From NCBI GenBank assembly GCA_034435835.1, contig DAOTWF010000017.1:145113-209112 (forward strand): a stretch of DNA of 64,000 nt. The letters run 5' to 3'. Position 1 is the stretch's first letter, and the number at the start of each line of letters is the position of its first letter. Under the pieces are notes generated by a model that searched no databases, was not told the origin of the DNA, and saw nothing but the letters and a program-made list of their open reading frames with translations. Origin of the DNA: Dehalococcoidia bacterium. GTDB taxonomy: Bacteria > Chloroflexota > Dehalococcoidia > GIF9 > UBA5629. The translations under genes were made by a program, and so were the position numbers. Shown piece after piece: positions 22,807-31,211 of this stretch.

Positions 22807-24080
22807 CTTTCATCAGGCTGCTGGACAACATCCGCAAGCACACCGTCCTGGTGCAGGTGGAGCAGCCTTGCTGGGGTGATCAGCCCGCCCAGCGGCAGAG
22901 CACTTCGGGCGAAGACGCGGATATAGTTATGCGTCAGTCCCGAATAGACGCCGCTGCCCGGTGCAACTTCGGTTTCCCACAGTACCATCATTTCCCGTCC
23001 CAGGAACCTCTGGCGGAAGTGCTGCGAGCTTGCTGCGGATAGCGCCAGCATCTTCTGGCGGCGGGCATCCTTTGTTTTTTCCGACACCTGGTCTGGCATC
23101 GTTGCCGCCATAGTACCGGGGCGTGGGGAGTAAGGGAAGACATGGATGGCAGCGAAGCCGGTTTCCTTGCAGAACCGGTAGCTCCCCTCGAACTCAGCTT
23201 CAGTCTCACCGGGGAAGCCCACCATGATGTCGGTGGTGATCGAAGCATCAGGCAGCGCCTGACGGATAAAGGCTGCTGCCCTGTTATAGTCGTCTACCGA
23301 ATAGCTGCGCCCCATCCTCTTGAGCACGCTATCGCTGCCGCTCTGGAGGGCAAGATGGAAGTGGTGGCACAGCCTGGGGTCCTGCCACAGCTCCAGTAAC
23401 TCCGGTGAAATATCCTGCGGCTGTAAAGAAGAGAGGTGCAGGCGCTTGACCGTGGTCTCACGGAGTATGCGCTGCACCAGTTGCCGCAAATCGGTGCCGT
23501 TGTCCCGGTATGAACCGATCTTGGTGCCGGTGAGCACTATCTCTCTGTAGCCATGGCTTATCCTGGTTTTTATTTCGTTGATGATGCGCTCTGCAGGCAG
23601 ACAGCGCTCTCTGCCCCGCACCTGGGGCACGATGCAGTAGCTGCAGCGTGTGTTGCAGCCGTCCTGTATCTTAATGAAGCTGCGCACACGGCAGGGCTGG
23701 TCACCAGTTGATTGTGGCTGCCCGCAGGTGCCTGTATGACGGGCTCCGCCGGTGATGTCCAGAAGCTGCAGCTTCCGGTCGTTTCCGATAATTATATCGG
23801 CGCCAGCGGCAATAAGCTCCTGCGTTGCCCTTTCCGCATAGCAGCCGGTGGCGACGATGGTGGCTCCGGGGTTTTTCTTCCGCCACAGCCGTACCAAGTG
23901 CCTCGCCTTACGGTCGGCGATGTGCGTCACCGTGCAGGTATTGAGCACGCAGACATCAGCGCCCTCAACAGCGCTTATTTGGTAGCCGGCACCAATAGCC
24001 CTCCACAGGAGCTTCTCCGTCTCCGCTTGGTTGAGCTTGCAGCCCAGCGTGTGGAAAGCTATCTTCATTCCCCTGTTCAT
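22770..24080 (-). CDS. MiaB/RimO-family radical SAM tRNA methylthiotransferase (MtaB-like)
   Basis: 436 aa. UPF0004 N-domain Cys residues (GCKLN, NTCTV). Radical SAM CxxxCxxC (CNTRCSYC). C-terminal TRAM domain. The 3' end overlaps the PAC2 gene by 37 nt. Confidence 0.88.
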   Translation of the reverse strand: MNRGMKIAFHTLGCKLNQAETEKLLWRAIGAGYQISAVEGADVCVLNTCTVTHIADRKARHLVRLWRKKNPGATIVATGCYAERATQELIAAGADIIIGNDRKLQLLDITGGARHTGTCGQPQSTGDQPCRVRSFIKIQDGCNTRCSYCIVPQVRGRERCLPAERIINEIKTRISHGYREIVLTGTKIGSYRDNGTDLRQLVQRILRETTVKRLHLSSLQPQDISPELLELWQDPRLCHHFHLALQSGSDSVLKRMGRSYSVDDYNRAAAFIRQALPDASITTDIMVGFPGETEAEFEGSYRFCKETGFAAIHVFPYSPRPGTMAATMPDQVSEKTKDARRQKMLALSAASSQHFRQRFLGREMMVLWETEVAPGSGVYSGLTHNYIRVFARSALPLGGLITPARLLHLHQDGVLADVVQQPDESYPAVPSPLSRC

Positions 24081-24344
24081 CGCCTGTCGTCATTATATTT
24101 GCGCGGGAACCCACGGTCAAACCCCTGCCCTTTCGCCGACGGGAGCATTCGAACCAGCAGAGAACCGGGAGCTGGCAACATCGTTTACCATTTTTCCTTT
24201 TCAAGGAGGAGGATCAAGGTGATGGTGGGTCTTTAAATTTAACATGATTTTCCTCTTCCTTGAGCGAAAGGATTAAGGCGCGGGTGAATTTGCATACTGG
24301 GTGCTGATATGTTATAAAGAGAAAAAGATGTCAGAGGCGCCGGT

Positions 24345-26024
24345 TTGAGCCAGACCCACTGGAGGATATTACCTCGCATTCCGCTAAGGACCGACCTGCC
24401 TGGCATCCACCCGCTGGTACTGCAGCTCCTGTACAACCGTGGCATCACCGAGCCCCTGCAGATAGAAGCCTTCCTCAATATCGACCGGCGTCTTGAAGCT
24501 GACCCCTTCCTGCTCCCCGATATGCACCGCGCGGTGCAGCGCATCTACCACGCCCTGCTCCGCGGGGAGAAGATGGCTGTCTACGGCGATTTCGATGCCG
24601 ATGGCGTCACCGCCACCGCCATACTGGTACAGGGGCTTTCGGCGCTGGGTGGCAGGGTGGTGCCGTTCATCCCGCACCGTTACCGCGATGGCTACGGGCT
24701 GCAGCTAGCCCCGTTGGAGCGATTGAGCAAGGAGGGCGTCAGTCTGGTGATCACCGCGGATACCGGCATAACCGCCTTCGAGGAGGTGGCAAGATGCCAC
24801 AGGCTGGGGATGGACGTCATCGTCACCGACCACCATGTTCCCACGGACTACATCCCGCCAGCCTTGGCTGTGATCGACCCCAAAAGGGCTGACTCAGCTT
24901 TCAAAGCTACCGACCTTGCCGGCGTGGGAGTCACCTTCAAGCTGCTCGAGGCGCTCCTTCAGGGCAGCGGCAGGGATAGGCTGCTGGACAGCCTGCTGGA
25001 TCTGGTTGCCCTGGGTACGGTGGCGGACATGGTGCCGCTGCTCGGCGATAACCGCTACTGGGTGAGGCGGGGGCTGGACCTGCTTAAAAATACGGAGCGC
25101 ATCGGGTTGCAGGAGATGATGCGCTGCGCCGGACTTCAGCCGGGTAACCTCACCTCGGAGAGCATCTCGTGGATACTGGCACCGCGCATCAACGCCGCCG
25201 GCAGGCTGGACGATGCCTCTGCCAGCTACCGCCTGCTGGTAACTCGGAGCCAGGAGGAGGCAGCAAGGCTTGCCCGCGACCTAGAGGAGAAGAACGCCCG
25301 GAGACAGAAGATGACCAGCGAGCTGCTCTCCCGCGTCAGAGAGCAGCTACTTGCCCAGGGGACGGACATGCCCCTGCTGATAGCCGGGGGTATGGACTAC
25401 CCTGCCGGCGTGATGGGGCTGGTGGCAGGCAGGCTGGCTGAGGAGTTTTACCGTCCGGTTATCCTGCTGAAAATCGGCTCTGACATCTGCCGCGGCAGCG
25501 GCAGGAGCATCCCCGAGTTCAACCTGATAGCGGCGCTGGACAGGTGCCGTGACCTTTTGCTGAATGTCGGCGGACATGCCGGCGCCGCCGGCTTTACAGT
25601 GCAGCGCAGCAAATTCGAGGCGCTGCAGGCAAGATTGCTCACAATCGCCGAGGAGGAGCTCGCCGGCGTGGACCTGCGCCCCCATATAGACATAGATGCC
25701 GAAGTACCGCTTAACGTCTTCAGCGGCGATGTCTATCAGCAGATACAAAGGCTTGCCCCCTTCGGTAGCGGCAACCCCGAGCCCACCTTCGTCAGCCGCG
25801 AGGTAGAGGTGCTGGAGTGGTTGCTGGCGGGTGAGCAGGGAGACCACCTCAGGTTGAAGCTGAGGCAGGGTGGCATCGTCTGGGACGCCATCGGCTTCGG
25901 GCTGGGGAGTCTGGCGCCACAGATCGGCTCGTGCCTGGATATCGCCTATAACCTGATCGAGGACAACTGGAACGGGGTGCAAAGGCTGAGGCTCAAGCTC
26001 CTTGACTTTGACCCGGTGGACTGA
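24345..26024 (+). CDS. recJ: single-stranded-DNA-specific exonuclease RecJ
   Basis: 559 aa. DHH motifs (DFDADGVT, TDHH). DHHA1 domain. C-terminal OB-fold. Confidence 0.92.
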   Translation: MSQTHWRILPRIPLRTDLPGIHPLVLQLLYNRGITEPLQIEAFLNIDRRLEADPFLLPDMHRAVQRIYHALLRGEKMAVYGDFDADGVTATAILVQGLSALGGRVVPFIPHRYRDGYGLQLAPLERLSKEGVSLVITADTGITAFEEVARCHRLGMDVIVTDHHVPTDYIPPALAVIDPKRADSAFKATDLAGVGVTFKLLEALLQGSGRDRLLDSLLDLVALGTVADMVPLLGDNRYWVRRGLDLLKNTERIGLQEMMRCAGLQPGNLTSESISWILAPRINAAGRLDDASASYRLLVTRSQEEAARLARDLEEKNARRQKMTSELLSRVREQLLAQGTDMPLLIAGGMDYPAGVMGLVAGRLAEEFYRPVILLKIGSDICRGSGRSIPEFNLIAALDRCRDLLLNVGGHAGAAGFTVQRSKFEALQARLLTIAEEELAGVDLRPHIDIDAEVPLNVFSGDVYQQIQRLAPFGSGNPEPTFVSREVEVLEWLLAGEQGDHLRLKLRQGGIVWDAIGFGLGSLAPQIGSCLDIAYNLIEDNWNGVQRLRLKLLDFDPVD

Positions 26025-26835
26025 CGTCGTCCTGCTCCTGCAGGGCTGCTTTTCGCCCCCCCAGACACATTCTTATAGCCAGCCAGGGTACGGTCACCAG
26101 AAGTATGACGATGCCGATAAGCTGTGCCTGCTGCAAGCCGAAGAGGAAGGGGGCGCCCTCCCGTACCGACCTGATGGTGAGGTCGCCCGCGGCATAGATG
26201 GCTAGATACAGCAAAAACAGGCTCCCCCGGGGCGACAGCCGCTTCCTCAGCGACCACAGCACGGCGAAGCCTATCAGGTTCCACACCAGGTGGTAGAGAT
26301 GCGTGGGGTAAAGCGGTACGCCTACCGGCGTGCCCAGGAGGGCGTGCTCCGGGTTAGTGTAGACGATCGCCCCTGCCCACCGCGGTGGGTTCGCCAGCCC
26401 ATAGCAGCAGCCGTTGATGATACAGCCTATCCTGCCTACCGCCTGTCCCATTATCGCCCCCGGTGCCAGGATGTCAGCCAGTTGCCAGATGGAGAGCCTT
26501 TTCACCCGGGCGTAGACCACCGCCGCTATCAGCGCGCCCAGCACCGCCCCGTATATAGTTAGCCCGGCGAAGCTGATAATCTGTTCCGGATGCGATATGT
26601 AATAGTGCCACTCGTCGATGACATGGAGCAGACGGGACATGATGACGCCGCCGAGCACCGCCCATATTGCCAGGTTGTAGATGTGGTCCCGGGCTACGCC
26701 CAGCCGTTTCGCTTCGCTGAGCGAGATGGCGATGACCGCCAGCACCGCCAGCGCCACCATAACCCCGTACCAGCGGATTTCGAAGATTCCGAGCTTCAGG
26801 ACCACCGGACTGATGCTTATGGTCAGGGTGAACAA
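25993..26835 (-). CDS. lgt: prolipoprotein diacylglyceryl transferase
   Basis: 280 aa. Lgt signature GRIGCIINGCCYG. Multi-TM profile. Confidence 0.9.
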   Translation of the reverse strand: MFTLTISISPVVLKLGIFEIRWYGVMVALAVLAVIAISLSEAKRLGVARDHIYNLAIWAVLGGVIMSRLLHVIDEWHYYISHPEQIISFAGLTIYGAVLGALIAAVVYARVKRLSIWQLADILAPGAIMGQAVGRIGCIINGCCYGLANPPRWAGAIVYTNPEHALLGTPVGVPLYPTHLYHLVWNLIGFAVLWSLRKRLSPRGSLFLLYLAIYAAGDLTIRSVREGAPFLFGLQQAQLIGIVILLVTVPWLAIRMCLGGRKAALQEQDDVSPPGQSQGA

Positions 26836-26838
26836 ATT

Positions 26839-27756
26839 TCAGCCTCCTCTGTCGGAGAAAATCGCCTCCACAAATGTCAGGGCGTCGAATGGCGTCATAT
26901 CGTCCAGTTGCTCCCCGGTGCCGATGTAAAGGATGGGAATTTCGAGCTCGTCGCAGATCGCCAGCACTATGCCGCCCTTACTGGTACCGTCCAGCTTGGC
27001 AAGAAAAATGCCGTCCACCTGCACCGCTTCGGTGAAGTGCCTTGCCTGTGCCAGACCGTTCTGGCCAGTGGTGGCATCGAGCACCAGCAACACGGTGTGG
27101 TGCGCTCCACTCCTGGTGATAACGCGTTTTATCTTCTTCAACTCTTCCATCAAATTGAACTTGGTGTGCAGCCTGCCTGCAGTGTCCACGATCACCACCT
27201 GGACATTACGGCTGCGCGCAGCCTCGATGGCATCGAACACCACTGCACCGGGGTCACCACCGGGCTGGTGGGCGATCACATCAACGCCCACGCGCTTTCC
27301 CCATACTTTAAGCTGGTCGATGGCGGCGGCACGGAAGGTATCGGCGGCGGCGAGGATGACCTTTTTGCCCTCGTTCTTTAACTGGTAAGCCAGCTTGGCG
27401 ATGCTGGTGGTCTTCCCGGAACCATTTACACCTGCCACCAGAAGCACCTCAAGGGCGTTGGAGGGAGGTGATAAGGGTTGTGGCGGTACCACGGTCAACA
27501 TCGCCACCATCTCCTGTTTTAAGGCTTCCCGAACGGCGCTGCCGTCGAGACCTTCCTTCTTTGCCCGCTCCTTCACCTTTCCCAGCAACTTCTGGGTGGT
27601 GGCTACGCCCACATCAGCCAGGATCAAAAGCTCCTCCAGCTCCTCCCAGGTCTCGGCACCAATGCCCGCCCTGTCAAACAGCCGGGCTATTCTGGAGAAC
27701 CAGCTCTGGCGGCTGAGCTTCACGCTCTGTTCGGTTTTAAGTAGCTGACTTACCAT
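26839..27756 (-). CDS. ftsY: signal recognition particle receptor FtsY (NG domain only)
   Basis: 305 aa. SRP-GTPase motifs [14 protein letters not shown] and TKLDG. Confidence 0.93.
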   Translation of the reverse strand: MVSQLLKTEQSVKLSRQSWFSRIARLFDRAGIGAETWEELEELLILADVGVATTQKLLGKVKERAKKEGLDGSAVREALKQEMVAMLTVVPPQPLSPPSNALEVLLVAGVNGSGKTTSIAKLAYQLKNEGKKVILAAADTFRAAAIDQLKVWGKRVGVDVIAHQPGGDPGAVVFDAIEAARSRNVQVVIVDTAGRLHTKFNLMEELKKIKRVITRSGAHHTVLLVLDATTGQNGLAQARHFTEAVQVDGIFLAKLDGTSKGGIVLAICDELEIPILYIGTGEQLDDMTPFDALTFVEAIFSDRGG

Positions 27757-27820
27757 GCTGACAGACGGTATTCAGCATATCATACGGGGCAGCGGGTGGC
27801 AAAGCGGCATGGTGGTCCGG

Positions 27821-28480
27821 TCAGTGACATTCGTGTTCTTCAACTTTGAAAAAAAGCAGCGGGTAGATGATGTCGCTGAAACAGCAGGGAAGCCAGACCG
27901 TCAGGAAGAGGAAGATGAACACGAAGTGCAGCAGGGGTAGCCACTCGGCTACTCCGAAGGCAGTGAAGTATACCAGCGAGGCGTAGGTGCTGAGCAGCAC
28001 GTGCAGAGCGTGCGGCCCCCTGGTCATCGGTCTCAAGTACCCGATGGCGATGCCCAGAAAAGCCACCGGGTTGATGAGCCACCACTTTTCGATGAAGCCA
28101 ATATGCAGCGATATCTGCACGCGGAAAGACTCAGCCCCCAGGTAAGGGATGACGGAATCGCTGATGGTGGCGATGCCCACAGAACCGGTATAGCCGATGA
28201 GCACCGCTGCCCAGAGCTTGCCCGGCTTATACCTGCGGTATATGGCGGTGGTGACGATGGCGCTGAACAGGATGTGGGCTGGATGAAGGACATAGAAGGC
28301 GATTTCAGAAACAGCGGCGGGGATCCTTGTTAGCACAATTATTACCATCAGCACGATGCCGGTGACGGCGCCGAGAGCGGTGAAAGGGGCATGCCTGGCT
28401 AGCTCTAGGGCTATCCTCTTCGCCATGCCTGCCGGTTTCGCTTTTGCTTCAGCCTGGCTCATTTCTGACATCCGGCGCAC
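27821..28480 (-). CDS. hypothetical polytopic membrane protein, His/Cys-containing, co-oriented downstream of the Fur-family regulator
   Basis: 219 aa, about 6 TM segments. His in TM regions (HPAHILF, HALHVLL). C-terminal CCFSD...EEHECH. Overlaps the regulator gene's 3' end by 22 nt, so probably co-transcribed. Confidence 0.5.
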   Translation of the reverse strand: MRRMSEMSQAEAKAKPAGMAKRIALELARHAPFTALGAVTGIVLMVIIVLTRIPAAVSEIAFYVLHPAHILFSAIVTTAIYRRYKPGKLWAAVLIGYTGSVGIATISDSVIPYLGAESFRVQISLHIGFIEKWWLINPVAFLGIAIGYLRPMTRGPHALHVLLSTYASLVYFTAFGVAEWLPLLHFVFIFLFLTVWLPCCFSDIIYPLLFFKVEEHECH

Positions 28481-28884
28481 ACTCCGGAAAACTCTGAGAA
28501 GTGCTGTTCAGTGCGGAACCCCAGCCTTTCAGCCATCTCGGTCTCCTCAGCGCACAGGGCTTCGCTGGCATACTCCTTTAGCATGCCACATTCTCTACAG
28601 ACCACAAACCGGTGGCAGCCGTCAGCTTCGTTCAGACTGCAGATAATAAAGCCCCCAGCAAGCAGCACCTTATGCGCTAGATTCAAGGAGCACAGGAGCT
28701 CCAACACACGGTAAATGGTCACATGGTTTAGGTGCTCACCCTTCTCTTTCAGTATATCCTGTATCTCATACGGCGATAGCGGTTGCTGCGCCTCAGTTAG
28801 CACTCTCAGCACCTGTCTCCGCGGCGCAGTTATCCGGTACCCCCGCTCTCTCAATAGCTTCAGCGCCCTACCGACTTCTATCAT
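28459..28884 (-). CDS. Fur-family metalloregulator (probable Zur)
   Basis: 141 aa. Winged-helix N-terminus plus Fur metal-binding Cys pairs (CHRFVVCRECG, CAGCQ). Confidence 0.85.
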   Translation of the reverse strand: MIEVGRALKLLRERGYRITAPRRQVLRVLTEAQQPLSPYEIQDILKEKGEHLNHVTIYRVLELLCSLNLAHKVLLAGGFIICSLNEADGCHRFVVCRECGMLKEYASEALCAEETEMAERLGFRTEQHFSEFSGVCAGCQK

Positions 28885-28914
28885 GGTAATATTCTATACC
28901 ATCTGAGTGTTAGA

Positions 28915-28929
28915 TGCAATATTATTGCA
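28915..28929. promoter_or_regulatory. 15-bp perfect palindrome TGCAATATTATTGCA upstream of the Fur-family gene: candidate autoregulatory operator
   Basis: Read directly in the divergent fur/marR intergenic region. It shares TGCAAT/ATTGCA half-sites with the palindrome at 38329-38342. Confidence 0.5.
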
Positions 28930-29069
28930 ATAACCATCGCGTTAAGGTTTTGTGCTATGGTGTGGTTCGTCTGGTTTGCCCCGCGGGGCGAATGCTGGTA
29001 AAATGGTTTGCACTATTAACTGTTATCTAAGTCAACTAAAGTTGCCATTGAAAGCAGTGAAGGCGAGGC

Positions 29070-29516
29070 TTGATCATGTCTGGTGAGGACGCTGAATACA
29101 TAGTTGAGGAGCTTTTTCATCTATTTCCGGTCATCGGCAAGAAGCTGCTGAGGGTGCAACTTAATGGTGCCACAGGCAGGCTTTCCCGCCTTCACCTGGC
29201 GGTTATGCGCACGTTACAGGAGGAGAGCCTGACGGTTTCCGAGCTGGCGCGGCAGCTGGCGGTGCCGAAACCGCAGATGACCCGTCTTATAGACCATCTG
29301 GTGCGGCTGAACATAGTTGCCCGGCAGCCTGATGCCAGGGACAGGCGGGTGATCAACATCTCGCTCACGGCTAATGGTAGGGCTGCCCTTGAGGAATACC
29401 GGCAGGTGATGAAACAGTCGATTAAGGAGAAACTTTCCTATCTTGCCCCGTCAGACCTGGCGGAGCTATCGGTTTTGCTGGCGAAGCTGAAAGAGATCGG
29501 AGCGAAGTTGCCATAG
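29070..29516 (+). CDS. MarR-family transcriptional regulator
   Basis: 148 aa. Winged HTH (LTVSELARQLAVPKPQMTRLIDHLVRLNIV). Confidence 0.85.
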   Translation: MIMSGEDAEYIVEELFHLFPVIGKKLLRVQLNGATGRLSRLHLAVMRTLQEESLTVSELARQLAVPKPQMTRLIDHLVRLNIVARQPDARDRRVINISLTANGRAALEEYRQVMKQSIKEKLSYLAPSDLAELSVLLAKLKEIGAKLP

Positions 29517-29525
29517 GAGACTGAT

Positions 29526-31169
29526 TTGGAGACACAGGCTGAATACCGTCCACTGGGCTTCAGTGCCCTGCCCCGCCGGCAGGTGATGTTTACTTTTGGC
29601 GGCGTGCTCATGGCAATGTTCCTCGGGGCGGTGAGTCAGACGGTGATCGGTCCGGCGATGCCGCGGATTATCGCCGACTTGGGTGGTTTTCAACAGTACA
29701 CCTGGGTGGCTATTGCGCATACTGTGGCTTCAGCAGTCGCCATCCCCATAGTAGGCAAGCTTACCGACATGTATGGCCGCAAATATTTCTACCTCGGCGG
29801 CATAGCCATTTACACTTTGGCATCTCTGCTCTCCGGGTTGAGTACCACCATGAACCAACTCATCATCTTCAGGGCACTTGCTGGCATCGGTGGCGGGGCG
29901 ATGATGTCCAATGCCATTACCGTCATCGGCGACCTGTTTCCGCCAGCGGAGCGTGGCAAGTATCAGGGATTCACCAGCGGGGTCTTCGGGGTGTCATCGG
30001 TACTCGGTCCCACGCTGGGCGGATTTCTTACCGACACCCTTTCTTGGCGTTGGGTATTCTTCTTCAGCGTACCCCTTGGGCTGCTGGTCATCATTGTGTT
30101 TATCTTCGTCTTTCCCCATGTCCGCCCGGACAATCTGAAGCACAAGATAGACTATGCCGGGCTGACGACCCTGGTGCTTGCCATAGTTTCGCTGATGCTG
30201 GCGCTGTCACTTGCCCGTGTGGAGTATGCCTGGGACTCGCCGCAGATACTGGGTATGTTCGGCTTTGCCGCTACAATGCTCATTATATTTGTATTGATAG
30301 AGCGCCGTGCCCAAGAGCCCATCCTGCCTCTGTGGATGTTCAGAAACTCCATTATATCCGTTTCGGCGGTGGTGGTTTTCGTTACCGGTCTGGGAATGTT
30401 CGGCAGCCTCATTTTCCTGCCGCTTTTCTTTCAGGGTGTGCTCGGGGTGACGGCAACGGTGAGCGGCAGTTTTATGATACCAATGAACCTGGCATTGATC
30501 GCCGGCAGCTTTGTCTCAGGGCAACTTCTTTCTCGCGCCGGGGGACATTACCGCATTCAGGGTACTGCGGGCATTGTAATCATGGGCGTCGGCATGTGGC
30601 TTCTGGCAAGAATGAACACCGCCACGGAATACTGGGCGGCTGTGGCATATACGGTGCTCACTGGCTTTGGGCTGGGCATTACCATGCCCCTTTATACCAT
30701 CGCTGTCCAGAACGCAGTCCCTTACAGTGTGCTGGGTGTGGCTACCTCTTCCACCATGTTTTTCCGTTTTATCGGCGGTTCGGTGGGCCTGGCTCTGCTG
30801 GGCTCGGTAATGAGCAGCCGTTTCGCCAGTGAACTAACTGCCCGACTGCCGTCCGGTATTGCGGGGATGATACCGCCGCAGGCTATAAGCTCTCTGGCAA
30901 ACAACCCTCAGGCACTGGTCAGTCCTGAGGCGCAGGTGAGGTTGCAGGACATGTTCTCCCGGATGGGATCGGCGGGTTCGGCGCTCTACGAGCAGACATT
31001 TCAGGCGTTGAGAGAGTCACTCAGTTCCGCTATCTCAGAGGCTTTCCTTGTTGCCGTTGTCGTCATGGTGATCGCCTTTGTGGTGAACTTCTTCCTCAAG
31101 GAGATCCCGCTCCGCAAACAGCACACCAATGAGATGTCTTTTCCCCAAAGGAAGCGAGGGGAAAACTAG
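29526..31169 (+). CDS. MFS transporter, DHA2 (EmrB/QacA) 14-TMS drug-efflux family
   Basis: 547 aa. TTG start 7 nt after AGGAG. MFS motif GKLTDMYGRK. 14 predicted TM segments. Paired with the MarR gene. Confidence 0.85.
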   Translation: METQAEYRPLGFSALPRRQVMFTFGGVLMAMFLGAVSQTVIGPAMPRIIADLGGFQQYTWVAIAHTVASAVAIPIVGKLTDMYGRKYFYLGGIAIYTLASLLSGLSTTMNQLIIFRALAGIGGGAMMSNAITVIGDLFPPAERGKYQGFTSGVFGVSSVLGPTLGGFLTDTLSWRWVFFFSVPLGLLVIIVFIFVFPHVRPDNLKHKIDYAGLTTLVLAIVSLMLALSLARVEYAWDSPQILGMFGFAATMLIIFVLIERRAQEPILPLWMFRNSIISVSAVVVFVTGLGMFGSLIFLPLFFQGVLGVTATVSGSFMIPMNLALIAGSFVSGQLLSRAGGHYRIQGTAGIVIMGVGMWLLARMNTATEYWAAVAYTVLTGFGLGITMPLYTIAVQNAVPYSVLGVATSSTMFFRFIGGSVGLALLGSVMSSRFASELTARLPSGIAGMIPPQAISSLANNPQALVSPEAQVRLQDMFSRMGSAGSALYEQTFQALRESLSSAISEAFLVAVVVMVIAFVVNFFLKEIPLRKQHTNEMSFPQRKRGEN

Positions 31170-31211
31170 TCCCCACCAATGTATCTGTCGGGCTGACTGT
31201 GAGGGAGAGGG

